Assembly (NCBI GenBank): GCA_949358305.1
Contig: OX442314.1
Span: 8,308,001 to 8,372,000, forward strand
Reading direction: 5' to 3'
Source of the DNA: Strigamia acuminata
Lineage: Eukaryota
DNA: 64,000 nucleotides
Shown here: piece by piece, positions 1 to 13,600 of the stretch
Position numbering within the stretch: the stretch's first letter is position 1
Layout: every line of letters begins with the position of its first letter
Notes under the pieces: generated by a model
Database searches by the model: none
The model's input: only the letters and a program-made list of their open reading frames with translations
Told to the model about the DNA's origin: nothing
Position numbers and translations under genes: made by a program

Positions 1-13
1 AAAATGTACTTAC

Positions 14-1015
14 GAGGGGAACACATGTATAAGATACTCACAGATTGTTGTAATAATAAACATGGAGAATTGTTGTATCATGCTGAATGCAACCCTAAAG
101 TAATTTCATTCCATAAACAGCCAACAATGCAAACAATGAGCTCAAAGTTTGCACTATTTTGTCTGTGTATTCATCCAATCTGAGCAATCAGGCCTAGTGT
201 ATGAATACTGTAAACAACAGTTGCTAGGTAAAAAATAGTTCCAAGATCTAGGTTGAATTTTCTCATTTGAGATTCAATGATGTCATTTCCTCTTTTGAGA
301 TTCAATGATTGCATGACATCAGAACTTTGTTCACCAACATGAAGACAATAATAGTTTGTAGTGGTGGTGCAGTGGTTAAAGCAATGGCCTAGGAATCTTT
401 CCTCACAGGTTCAAATCCTGGTGTGTGTGAAAATTTTTACTTATATTTTTTACTTTTTTTTAGCAGTAATTTTAATGTTTGTAATTTTATGTTTGTTTTT
501 AGAAAACTTTAATTAATTAATTTTAATTTTTAACAAACATAAAATTACAAACATTAAAATTACTGCTAAAAAAAAGTAAAAAATATAAGTAAAAATTTTC
601 ACACACACCAGGATTTGAACCTGTGAGGAAAGATTCCTAGGCCATTGCTTTAACCACTGCACCACCACTACAAACTATTATTGTCTTCATGTTGGTGAAC
701 AAAGTTCTGATGTCATGCAATCATTGAATCTCAAAAGAGGAAATGACATCATTGAATCTCAAATGAGAAAATTCAACCTAGATCTTGAAACTATTTTTTA
801 CCTAGCAACTGTTGTTTACAGTATTCATACACTAGGCCTGATTGCTCAGATTGGATGAATACACAGACAAAATAGTGCAAACTTTGAGCTCATTGTTTGC
901 ATTGTTGGCTGTTTATGGAATGAAATTACTTTAGGGTTGCATTCAGCATGATACAACAATTCTCCATGTTTATTATTACAACAATCTGTGAGTATCTTAT
1001 ACATGTGTTCCCCTC
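14..1015. mobile_element. ~1-kb near-perfect palindrome (foldback / mariner-like MITE)
   Basis: 14-497 is the reverse complement of 532-1015 (one mismatch noticed near 241), with a 34-nt AT-rich spacer. The left end reads TA-CGAGGGG, as in mariner-type TIRs. Confidence 0.75.
358..425 (+). repeat. tRNA-derived (SINE-head-like) sequence inside the palindrome arm, mirrored at ~604-671 on the minus strand
   Basis: A-box-like TGGTGCAGTGG (365-375) and B-box GGTTCAAATCC (408-418) at tRNA-like spacing. No convincing acceptor stem. Confidence 0.6.
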
Positions 1016-1499
1016 ATTAGTAGACAGAGAAACTGCTATTTAGACACAAAAATGCACAAATCTGTAACTCCCAACAAGAAAAATAATTTCTAGACATTTT
1101 TAAAAGTTTAAATGTCAGTTACAATCTACGAAGAAAATATATCATCAATTCTTCTGGCAGAAAAGCCAGAGGTCCAAGTCCAAACAGAACAAAAGCTTCA
1201 TTTTTAATATTATCAACAGCAAACTGTGTAGAGATGATTGGAAATTGGAATTCGAGACCCTTGCTGAAATGATTCTCCTCCAGAGACGAGAACCAAGATG
1301 CCATCAGTCCACAAGTGTGCTTTCTCTTGGCAATCAATCATGCCCAAAGGTTTCAAACTTCAAACCACAAGCAATACTAGACCTCCAAGCAGCTGAGAAT
1401 ACAAAAGTCCAACAAACTCCAGAACCGACAACTTCCTAAATATGTCGAACGGTTAACGGAACTTGTCGGATGTCCTCAAAAAAATAAAGTTATCATTAA

Positions 1500-2130
1500 A
1501 GGTCATGGGAAGAGAAAAATAAAAAATGAGGAGAAGATTGTTTGTGTCATTATTAGACCAAATCCATTGTTGAAACGTGTTCAATTGTTTCGAGATTGTT
1601 ATATCGTTCGTTTAAACGTTTGAAAATTCTCAAATGTCCTCCATTTTTAGTTTTCGAAAGTTTCCAAAAGTTGCCGTTGGTGGCGCTATTTATGACGTCA
1701 TCGGCGACAAACAAGCAGCTTTTTAGCATGGGCTTGGCTTCATTTAAGAGCTACGAAAATTTATTATTAGTTCTTTTGAATCTATACACTTGCAACAAAT
1801 AGCAAATTGGAATATTTAGTGAATATTAAAATCCCAACAACCTAACAGTGTTGTCAAATTTGGAAAAAAAATTTTGTAGCTCTTAAATGAAGCCAAGCCC
1901 ATGCTAAAAAGCTGCTTGTTTGTCGCCGATGACGTCATAAATAGCGCCACCAACGGCAACTTTTGGAAACTTTCAAAAACTAAAAATGGAGGACATTTGA
2001 GAATTTTCAAACGTTTAAACGAACGATGTAACAATCTCGAAACAATTGAACACGTTTCACCAATGGATTTGGTCTAATAATGACACAAACAATCTTCTCC
2101 TCAATTTTTATTTTTCTCTTCCCATGACCT
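1500..2130. mobile_element. Non-autonomous DNA transposon with ~260-bp TIRs and TTAA TSD (Kolobok-like termini)
   Basis: TTAA|AGGTCATGGGAAG...CTTCCCATGACCT|TTAA. Arms 1500-~1760 and ~1870-2130 are near-perfect inverted copies, which explains the mirrored ORFs at 1596 and 1816. Confidence 0.75.
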
Positions 2131-5100
2131 TTAAACTAAGCCATCCACCCAGATAAACCACTAATTCTCATTGGTCAGTGCCCGAATCACTACTGCCTTC
2201 TTCATAACTTGTACATTTTATCGACAGAGGGTGCTGATCATATTAGAGCGCTCCACGATTGGCTGAGACTTTTCACTGGTGTAGTGATACTAAAAAATAG
2301 ATCAAAACTCTGGCTGACATTTTGAATGCTGTCCAGACAAAACAACCAATAATAAATTTGAAAATTGTTTTGTTCCCTGGAAGAAGCAAGCAATAAACTT
2401 AATAAACAGGAATGTTGAAATAAACCAACATAAATCTTTATTTTATGACTTCAAGATACATTTTCTTAGAAAATACAAATAACATTACATCATTTCAATG
2501 ATTAAAATCATCAAACAAATTTGAAACCACCGGCAGCAATGCGCGAATGCGCAATAAAAATAGTTCGAGTTCACTCGAATTAAACAACCTTCTGCGAGGG
2601 ATTATTCACTACTCGAATAATCCTTGTCATCCATGTTTACATGACAGTTGTGCACACGGAATATTTCATCTCACTCGGAATATTCCATGCATGTAAACAT
2701 ACTATAATAAATCAAACAAACACCCGCACAGACGATAAATTCAAATTTTCAACGCTGTTCGAACTATTGATGCATTAGTCATTCCTGGCCACGAAAACAG
2801 CACAGGGATTCCTGAGATGATCAACTGATTATTTCCTTTGTATCAACACAGTGGCAAGCAGCCAGCCAATGAGAATTAGTGGATTTTCTGTTATAATTAT
2901 CTGTATATACAGTAACTTGGTGTTTGGTCACTGATTTTGGATCTTCCGATTTCTGAAAGCCAGGTTACAACGCTTGAGTGAAAGCTGCACAAAGCAAGCT
3001 CATTTTTCAAAACCATTTTTTTTTCCTTTTCAGCTTTCATCCTTCCTCTCTTCATCACTTAGCAAAACTCACTTAACTTGAAATAATCAAGCTTGCCAGT
3101 CTAAACAGCTTAACAAGTGTCAACAATTTGAAATCCCAGCCATGCAAAGTGGAAATAAAAGACAAAAATACACAACTAATTACCATAATTCCAAAATCAA
3201 TGAAAACAGGTTTACATTTTCCAGAAGATTCTGTCTTCTGGTGGGTGAAAAAAATTCGAAAAATTGTCAAAATGATGTAATAATTAATGTTTATTTAGTT
3301 CACAAACAAAATGTGGTAATCATTCACATTGCTATTTGCAAGTTCATTGTGTTTGATTGTTTGCAACAAATATTTGCCATGCTACTTCTTAACTCCTGCA
3401 TGTTAATGTATGTACAGTAAATGCAACCGTCTTCACCCAAAAATAAGACCATGGAGCGGTATTCGAATATAACACCACGGTGTTACATTCAGCCAATATC
3501 ATGTAAGTTTGTCGAAAAAGTAAAATTGTTATTTACTCTATTAATTTGTATTCATTAGGCTGATTAAAAAAACAAAAAAGATCACACGTTCTGGTGTTAC
3601 GAATCAATGCAAGATGGCAACTTACATAAAAAAATCCCATGTAATCTTTAATTTAATTAAAATAAGTTGTTTTTGTTTTGCAAACTGTGCTTCTTTTAAT
3701 CTGAAATACTCACTTGACAACAGAAAACATGAAAAACACCCAATTGATCATACCAATCAAGGTAATCAGTTCCGGGCACCCAGCCAAGAAAGCCCCCCCC
3801 CCAAAGACCAAGGCTATTTGAATTAGGTGACACGATCATGTAATTGTAACAATGGTTGAGAAAAACCATCACAAAATAACATTATAACATTGTTAATTTG
3901 TAGTTTTCTTATTGTTATTATGCATTATGTCATAATTTTCCAATGATCTATTCTACATTTTGGAGGTCATGCCCAAAAATCATGAGTTCGACAAAGGTGC
4001 CGGATAATTCGAATAAACCGGATAAAACACGACCCAATTTTCCAGCAGGAATTTAACTTTCATGGCATACCATTAAAAAATACCAGTCAATCAGATCCCC
4101 AGATGAGGTCAAACTCGCATTTTAGGACATGCCCTTCACAGGAGGGGGGGGGGGTAATTCTGTATAAATCCAAATGTCACATTACATATTTGTTCTCTTA
4201 ACGTCTCAATGCTCTGATGTGTTGACCCAACATTCCAACTCATAAATTAATGTCACCAGCAAAATAAACTGATGATCAAAGACACAAATAAACACTGGAA
4301 AAATATTTCCGTCCAAATATTAATCAAAAGCACCATGGCATCCTTATATCGTGAACTGCGCTGGTGTATGTTATGTAAAGCTTACTTCATATAATGATAT
4401 TAGTTGGGTGTCTCAAAATTAACGCAAGATTTGAATTAAATAGAAAACACAGTTTTTAGTCTTTAGATTGTTATTTTTTTTATTGAATCGTAAAGTACAT
4501 AGCATAGAGTTATTTACGGAATAACACATCGGTCAAATGGCCTCCACGGCTTTGCATTTATTCTTCTGCAAGATAGTATAGATCACCAACTTAATGCCTA
4601 ATAAGATGATATTATGCATATAATACAAGGTCTGGCAACTATAAACTATAATTTGGTTGCTTTCTTCCTTACAAAACTATCTGAAGCTACACTATTGCAG
4701 TCTGTCTGCAATCAACTTTAATTTCAGTGCACTTATCTACTGCATGCTCCATAATCAATATAAACTTCTTTCCAATACTAAAACTAGATGATTGTTATAA
4801 AGTACTTTCTTTTGCAAATTAAAACTCTTCTTGAATTTCAGCTTGAGTGAAGAACGTTGAGTATCTTGTTTTGTTTCATTATTTACATCACTACAACATA
4901 AATTCTAACTTCCTCCTATCTCAAAAAACACTTTGGAAGGAAGTAACAGCTGAGCCATCATCCATTCTCCAAAAAAAAGAACACAGACAACTTTCTTTCC
5001 CTTGCAAATGCACACAAATGCACCTAATGCAGCAACAGCAGTGTTATACTGGCTGAGTGAATACTGTATCGATGATTAGAAAAAGCCTGTTTAAAGTATA

Positions 5101-6564
5101 AAATTAAAGCCGAGCATTCGTATTATAAACTATGCGGCTTTTTGTAGGGCCCAGGTGCATTCAGCACCTACTTGCCTTATGGAGAAGTGACTTCTTATTG
5201 AACAAACTTCAACTGTCTCCAGAAGCAGTTCACCGACCATCGATCTATAGTCTGTTCCGATACAACGTTGTCCTATTTCCGAGCCGAATTACGCCTAACT
5301 AGACTGTGCTCTACTACGCGGAAAAGTAGTTCTGTGTCAAAGCATAACCTTTGACAATGACAGAAGTGTTGGTAATCGATCATAATAAGAGGTTTCATTA
5401 AATGAGCGATTAGTTGATTACTTTGATTACTTTGATTAGTCGATTACTTGATGTGTCATGTGACTGGATTCAACCAATCCCAAAAATAATGAAAACTGAC
5501 AAATCTATTTTTACAGCAATTGACTCTATGGTTGAATGGTTTTTGAAAACAAGTGGTGAGCAATACCACAATTGGCAGTTTGCAGAGACCACCAACCAAC
5601 AAAAAACATGCAATAATTACTCATCAAACATTACTTCTGGATCCATTTCCTGCCTATCATCTCCCATCCACTCACCACTGTCTTGGTCAAGAGTTCTAGC
5701 TCTACCGGTGATAAATGAGACCTCACCAACTGACATCTTCTTGAATGTTCAATCCTCCTCTAGTGGTCCAACCGCAAACTCCTCTTAATTACTAAAATGA
5801 GTTTCAAAGCTCTCATTTCCCAAACAACATTTTTCCTTTTCCCACTCTAGCAATACCAACAAACTGACACATCGGTACTAAAGCGGAAAGCCAATGCAAT
5901 TGCACCGAATAAATGCCAATTCATTTCCCGGTTAATGCGGCAGTTATACTTAAGAGCCGGCAATTTTCAGCGACACTCTGTCAAAATACTCTATACTGCA
6001 AAATTGACGAGCCAGAACTGGATTTGGCCCAATCCGATTTGCTAGTCCCTTTTTCTCTTGCAGCGATTCTGCAAGAAAAATAAAAGTTGCCGAAGAGCGA
6101 GTTTTTGTTTTAAATTATTGCCTCTTAGTTTGTCGGTTGCAATTTAACAGTCACATGACTGCGACAACAAGAAATTCCACCAACCTTTTTAGACAACTCG
6201 TTCCTGATTGGTTGGCGCTACAATATGTAAGTGAAACATTCACCTGGCTGTACAAACCACAATAAACTAACATACAATTCCAACAAGTTCTGTGGCCAAC
6301 CAACCAACCAACCAAGCCATTTTTAAGGGTTTGTTATAGCGAAAAATTCATTATACAGGGTGAACCAAAAGTCTGTTCCCCTCAAATATTTCCTCAGCAA
6401 TTGCATCTAGGCCAACTTTGATGAAGCCATCGTATTGGAAGTTGGGTGAGAGCAATCCAATGATGTCATCAAATTTGACCTTGAAGGCCATTTTCAAGGT
6501 CATTCACTTGCTAACTTTAAACCAATCAGGTTAGAGCAAAAAAGTCAATTACAAAGTTGTAGAG

Positions 6565-6820
6565 CAGGGGTCGGCAAGTAATTTTGAGTGGGGTCCGGAT
6601 ACTAGTAAAAATTTTTTTTGAGGTCCAGAAAAAGACAACAAAACAAAACAAAAAGAACACAAAAAACACCAAAAACACCAAAAAAAAACAAAAAGATCAA
6701 AAAAACACCAAAAAACAACAAAAATACCAAAAAAATATATAATAAAAAATATCTGGCGGTCCATGTTTCAACCTTCCGCGGGCCGGATCCGGACCGCGGG
6801 CCGCCAGTTGCCGACCGCTG
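6565..6820. mobile_element. hAT-family MITE (Charlie-like)
   Basis: TIRs CAGGGGTCGGCAA / TTGCCGACCGCTG and a perfect 8-bp TSD TTGTAGAG at 6557-6564 and 6821-6828. Confidence 0.9.
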
Positions 6821-8299
6821 TTGTAGAGCATCATCAAATTAGTACTATCCAACTTATCTTAGTCATCTTAAGGACATGTGCACGTCCCTTCGTCCCATTT
6901 GTTACTTTCTATGGTAACAAGCCATTAAGTATTCTTCGATTAAATATAAGTGTCGAAGTGGCGCCAGTTCTTAAGGTCAACCCGCGCTTAAGCATCCTTC
7001 TGAACACCTTACGTATTCCTAGGCGCGAATCAAACTGTCGCACCTAAGAATATCGCCCCTAGTAGGTATCACCGGTCGACTGAATTGGTTTACAAATGAT
7101 AAAACATTTTGTTAAAAACGTTTCCATCACAATACTATTACTTTTCAATTTTGGCTGCAATTTCTGTATCTAGAATAATTGTAAAACTATGACAATCTTC
7201 TCAAACACTTCATATAGATTTTATTAAGTACTTTGAGTTCTTCCATGGAGTGCTGCTTTAACATCGACTTTTATTTCATTCTGGTTTATTGTTTTTTTCG
7301 TTTGAATTGATTGAGTGTTCTAGCTTGAAATCCTTTCTTTGAGAGAAAAATGTCAAAAGAAAAATATAAAATATAAAAAGAAATCCCCCACAAAAATACT
7401 CTTTTTTTTAAAAAAAATGCGAGTCTTGGTTCGTAAGCGAAAATTGGATTTTCTTCAAATAGAGGTTCTTTAAGAACATAAGAACCAAAAAGTGACACTC
7501 TTTGTCTCTAATCCAATCATAAATTAAGGAATCTACTATCTACACTGCTGCATCTAATTAAATCAAATATTTTCAAAGGATTGATATAATCTATTCAAAG
7601 CTGTAATTTTGTAATCCCGTATAAGAAAAATGCCGGTTAATGCACATCGAACATTTTGAGATATCTGGAAAACTCAGATAGACCAAAAAAGACGAAAAGA
7701 CTGTAGAAAGATGTCTCGAAGATCAAGAAAGGCAAAAAGACAGTAGAAAGATGTTCTGAAGACCAACAAGTAGATATAAGAAACTATAATTTTGGATAGA
7801 AGCTTTTAAATTGGTGCTTCAAATTGCCGCCAGAGTGTGCTACTATCGCACATTTTGTTTGTGACTGCCATGACCGGTGGCAAAAAAATTTTAAAAAATT
7901 TACTATTCTGTATAATATAAAATAAATTTTAAAAAATGAACAAGTTTGTAGAGCATTAAATCTTCTACAAACGGAGACTGGTTTTATAATTTATCGAAAC
8001 CTTTTTTGTATCGAAAAAAGCTCTTATGGAGTCGAAGCCGGACATCATTTATGAAATATTTTATATTTGTTTTTTATTGCCTGAAGTCGCCACATCGTCA
8101 GTTCAGCATAAGGAATTCTTCCGACCGGGGTCAGAAGAATTGCCCGAATTGTTTGTCGTCGTGCAGTTTGTGAGTAAAAGTAGAGATAAGATTTCGGAAT
8201 ATTTTCCGTTATCTTCAAGTGAACAAAATCAAATTATTTTGGGCCAAAATTGACCGATTATCGTCACAAGAAGCCATCGCGACAAAATATATAATTAAT

Positions 8300-8605
8300 T
8301 CTCAAATTTGTTACTTTTTTCCAAATATTTCTCAAATTTGTCACTTTTTTCCAAATATTTCTCAAATTTGTCACTTTTTTCCAAATATTTCTCAAATTTC
8401 CCACTTTTTTCCAAATATTTCTCAAATTTCTCATTTTTTTCCAAATATTTCTCAAATTTCTCGCTTTTTTCCAAATATTTCTCAAATTTCTCACTTTTTT
8501 TCAAATATTTCTCAAATTTCTCACTTTTTTCCAAATATTTCTCAAATTTCTCACTTTTTCCAAATATTTCTCAAATTTCTCACTTTTTTTACAAATATTT
8601 CTCAC
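8300..8605. repeat. 30-bp minisatellite
   Basis: About 10 tandem copies of CTCAAATTTCTCACTTTTTTCCAAATATTT. Confidence 0.9.
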
Positions 8606-9562
8606 AATTTTATCAAAAATCTCTCAAATCTGTTAACATCACAAGATCAACAAACGTCATTACCCATTAAAGCACTTCACTTTGTCGTTGAGTGTAAAAA
8701 CAAGTCTAAGCACCTCTGATTTTCTATGTTGACTGCCACCAGCAGTTAAAACTACAATAACACCAAAACGAAACAGTTTGAGACAGAATTTACTTTCATT
8801 TCTCATTGTTTTTACCAACGATCAAAGCCAATCGGCAGAAGACAGCGACAGAGAGAGAAAAGTCCAATGTAAACAAGGATTATCTTTCTTTTTCTACACC
8901 ATTTAGTGCAGCAAGTGATTTGGAAGTCGAGAGTGAGGCAAACTCCCATGTTTTGGATCCGTGTCAACCCCACCGCCCACACAAAAGCTGCTCCAGACAT
9001 GTATGAATTGATTGCCGGCTCCTAAAGCTAGAGCAGTTGCCGTTTCGATCCGACAAACCGGCCAAGGACAAACACGACCACGCATCAATTCTTGTAATGC
9101 GCAATCCCGGCTTCGAACACCACCAAAGTTTGGATCGAAACGTTGGCTGCATTTCTGTTTTGCTTTTCAGATTTTTACATTTTTCGATTCGGTTTCCTTT
9201 TTCTGATGTCATTTGACGGAGAGACACGAAATCAGACCATACCGTATAAGGGTTACTACGGAAGTCCCGTTACAATTTTATTTTACGTTAAAGTCGCTGA
9301 GCACCAGGTGGCGCTATTACAAAACTAAGGCGGGTTTCATAATTATAAAGCCACTCACAAAAGTTGGCTTCACAGAAAAACGACTTAAGCAATCACAAAA
9401 ATGTTTATTCCACGTGAATACTTATCAAATTTTACACCTTTTACTCATTTTTTTAGTCATTAGGCCTAATAATGCTACAATAAAGTAAAGAGACAACAAT
9501 AAACTCATCATTAAAAGTAATTAAACTTAATTTAATTAATTAAACACAGACAATTACCATGT

Positions 9563-10521
9563 TGTGGTGATCTCAAAATATTCACCAACTTAGAAGATTA
9601 AATTAATTATCTTCTAATTAATTTGACTGTGGCACACGCCAAGTCAGATCATGTGACCGAGGGGAGAAATCCTCTCTAGGCACATATCACCCCAGGTTGT
9701 CCGGGGTGAAAACGGTTATTAGCCGTTATGGTGCAATATGGTGTAATAACCACTAGTTGCACCCATTTGAGCTAAGTGCGCAGGTTTTCTGCGCAATATT
9801 GAAGCGTGCTGGGCTCGCGTCTTGGCTCAAATCGGGACTCTGAAAAATACAACAACAACCTCAACATCACTGCTTTTGCTCCTGAAAGAAAAGTATTGAT
9901 AGAGGACCGTTGTAACTCAGTTTCACCTGCTATCTTTGTGTATCAAACGCACAAAGCCAGCAATCCTGCTTGAATTAGCCGTCGCTAATTCCAGCAATCG
10001 AGAAGAGAAGATTCCCGACGATCGTGAACCATCGCCGTCGCTGTTGCGCGAACGACAGCCACCGCCATCGTACGAAAGCCGGACGCCTACAGCCGTCAAC
10101 CACCGCCGCCGAGCCGTCGCACGAGCCGTAGAAGGAGCCCACGAGAACCATCGTCTTCGACCATCGTTCGTGAGTTCGTAGAACGAAGACAATTTGCCTT
10201 CGCCTAACAACTTCAAGTTGTTTAAGCGCCATTTCTGACGCTTTGTAGCTTGCAACAGTCGTTGCAAGCCCTTCCTTTGTTTCATTGTTTCCCGCTCATT
10301 TTATTCTGTGATATTCATAATCATAATTAGTATATATTGTAATTTATCGAATAAAACATTTGTGTGATTTTTATTACCATAATAAACTGTCTTTTTATTC
10401 CTATTTCCGTAAACTTAACCCTAGACAAGTTTCGGCCGCGATATAAGTCTTGTAAAGCATTCACCTGCGGTTTCTGCTTAATTTATTAGAAATTAAGTGG
10501 ATAAAAACCCGGATCGCAGCA
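9563..10521 (+). repeat. 5' LTR (959 bp)
   Basis: TGTGGTGATC...GATCGCAGCA. I saw no differences from 20941-21899. AATAAA at 10350 and 10381; Inr-like TCAGTT at 9917. Confidence 0.97.
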
Positions 10522-10523
10522 CG

Positions 10524-10541
10524 TGGGGGCCCGTCCGGGAT
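10524..10541 (+). promoter_or_regulatory. Primer-binding site complementary to tRNA-Pro
   Basis: TGGGGGCCCGTCCGGGAT begins 2 nt after the 5' LTR and matches the canonical tRNA-Pro PBS TGGGGGCTCGTCCGGGAT at 17/18. Confidence 0.9.
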
Positions 10542-10635
10542 AGTCATTGTATAAATTTTGATAGTTTAAAATTTACCCGCCATTTTTATCTTGCTTATCT
10601 TTCTTCTCTATCCTTTCTTTGTCTTCATTTGAAAA

Positions 10636-13600
10636 ATGGCGACTCCAGGCGAAAAGAGACCGAGAGGCAGACCAGCGAAGAGACGAGTGGCGATCGATCT
10701 ACCAGCCGTGGATCAAGAAGTGACTGAGTCACAAGAACTGTTTGAAACTATGGATCAAACAGCTAACTGTAACTCGGCACAGTTAATCGTGAATGAATTC
10801 ACGCAAGCGTTGGAGCGACAACAGCCATCCCCGCCCAGCGGCCAGTTGGACTTAAAAAATCCAACTGGAAGTGGCCGTTCCAAGTCGCAAAACGATGATT
10901 TGAATTTACGAATTCAATCATCAAGTGCGGAGCACTCGCTGAATTCATCACCGGTTCAAGGTGCAGCACAACAAGATTCTGAGAACTCCAATATGGAAGT
11001 TTCTCATTCTCCCGTGCGTGTTACCATGATGGACGCACTCCGTGAGCAAGCTAGGCTCGAGGGAGTAAAAGTCACTAGCGAAATGACTGTGGAACAAATC
11101 CACAAAGCTATGGTTCGCAAACAAAGCCAAAAAGACGTTGAAATCGTCAGAACAAGCTTGCAAGCAGAGTTCGAGCGAATGCATGCAGAAATGCATCAGC
11201 AAAATGCCGAACTAAAACAACAACGTGCGAATGACCATGTTAAGTTGTTACAATTAGAACAGGAAAAAGCTTCCTGGCTAATTACTGACGAAGAGCAACA
11301 ACAAAGGCTCGAGCAACTAAATCAAGCCCAAAAAGATTTAGAAATTGCTAATGAAAATTTGAGATTGGCCAACGCAAATTTGCGAGAAGCCAACACAAAT
11401 TTAATGACTGCCGAACTAACCGCCCCAGTTCGAGCGAGGGAAGTAATTCCCTCCACTTCTCGAAATTACGAGAATCATGCTGCAGAGCAAGCAGCAAGAG
11501 CTAAGAGATTAGCACAACGAGAAAACGAAGTATTTCTCGCTCGACAGCAGTCCGTAATTGATGCTGGTCTAGCCGCCAAAAGTCAAAGTACTGCAGAGCA
11601 GTTATTACGTGCCGACTTAGCTGCGCAAGCTCGTGAAAACGAAATTCTTCGCGCAGATCTATTGACGGTACAAGAGAACTTTGCAGTAGTAGTACAAAAA
11701 GTACAAGACGTTTGTGGCGAAGATAATTTTGCAAAGCCAGCCCCAGTTTTGCAAAAAGGTGCTTCCAAATCACCTGAGTTGATTGATTTAACATCAGCTA
11801 AACCAAAAGTCAGTCGACAATCAAGTTGGACTGACAGTGATGACTCACGCAGTAGTCGTGGAAGCCGTAACAGTCATCACAGTCGCAAAAAGCGAAAGCG
11901 ACAACCAGACCCGACCGAATATCATTCCCCAAAAGTTACGCAAGATTCGGATCGATTCTTTAGCAATAGCGACCGATTAATCGGAATGCTAGAGAAAAAG
12001 AATAAAGAACGTGAGAAACCACACGATCGTGGACGGTCACACGATAATCCGCGAGAAGGCTCACCAAAACGAGATTGTCATAACGACATCCGTGATGGGC
12101 CGAGATACCGTGGAAATCCGCCAGGTGGTGACCCACCAGGTGGAGATAGTTCAGATGGACATGGAGGTGGCCACTCACGTGACCACAATTCGAATGGCAA
12201 TCGAAATGGAAGGGGACCACCAAATGGAGACCGTCGTCCGCCAGATGGCGACGATCCTCCGGACCCTGATCCGCCGCCAAATCCGAATCATGAATCTGCG
12301 TCAGATACAGATTCCTCACGTCCCAGTGTGAGAGGGCGATCTCGTCACAGAACACGTAGTAGAACTCAAAGACCCGATTTCTACACGAAAGATGAGATTG
12401 ACCAGTTGTTGAGGCAAAATGCTCAACAACAGCGAAAAAGCAGAAGGGATAAAATTATTTTGCAAAAAATAAGTGAATTTACTTCTGATAAATGGACTCA
12501 TCAAACAACAGATGAAAAGTTCATTAGATGGGATCGAGTTATCCCACATGCCTATAATGGAAATTGGCAAGCAGGGTCAAACCTCTTGCTGGAAATATTC
12601 GAACTAGGCAAAGTTCACAGTTTTAGCTGTGAAGGTGCATTGGCCCATCTAGTACCAAGAATACTAGTTGGCGGTGTCAAGGAGTGGTTTCGCAGGAAAG
12701 ACTTCACGAAGTGGGATGACTTCGTTAAACAATTTATGTTTAAATTTGGTGAATCGAGCGAAGACATCAAAACGCTCTGGAGATGTCTTAAGCAACGAAA
12801 AGGCGAAAGCTTACATTCGTACATGCTAAGAGCAGAGAATCTGCTTGGCAGAATGCCACATGCTGTTACTGATGCAACAGCAGATGATCAGTTTAGAGCT
12901 GGCCTCACAGAATATAGTAAAAATATTCTGATGATGTCGGACGCTCCCGACCCGGGGAAATTCTCCGAGTTAAACGAGTTCATGGAAGTCAATCAATTGC
13001 GCATTGACGAAAAGTACAAAGCTTATCTTACAGAAGCCGAAAGGTCAGCGTACTTAAAGCGAGAGAAAAGACTCGCTGAGCAAAACAATGAAACCTTTAA
13101 TGGTTTGAAATTGTTGCAGCCACCTAGTTACGAAGACTTTCTAGACGAAGTGGATGAGAAGAGTTCGAAAAAAGAATCTTCCAAAAAGGACGTCAAAAAT
13201 CCTCATTCAGTCCCTAAGTTACACGCAAATATAACTGGAGCTGAAACTCCGTCGTCTGAAGCTGAAGAAGCTGAAGAGGAGGAGGAAACAGGAGACGAGA
13301 CGATGGCTTTATTGGCCAAAGCAGCGGCGTTGTTAGCAAAAAATAACCCCGTTGCGGGCAAATGGAAGCCAAGGATGAAACCAAAAAATGTTTCATTTGA
13401 CGCATCAAAGGTGAATACCGAAAGGAATTCAAAGTCACCTGCGGTGTCGCCAGAGCGCCGGTCTGACGCTCGTTCTCGTTCTGCCTCGCCAGCAGCAACG
13501 AAAAAGAAATCGCCTGCCACTGATCCATGCAATTTATGCAAAAAATTAGGGCATTGGCAAAAAGACTGCCCTTCCTCTAAAAAGGACAAACCAGTGTCAA

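Noticed and set aside
358..430. Functional tRNA gene
   Set aside because: A and B boxes are present, but the acceptor and anticodon stems do not pair well and the sequence sits in a transposon-like palindrome.
5621..5736. Minus-strand mini-ORF MSVGEVSFITGRARTLDQDSGEW... as an alternative RGS exon
   Set aside because: No recognisable homology and several competing donor sites, so it cannot be supported without transcripts.
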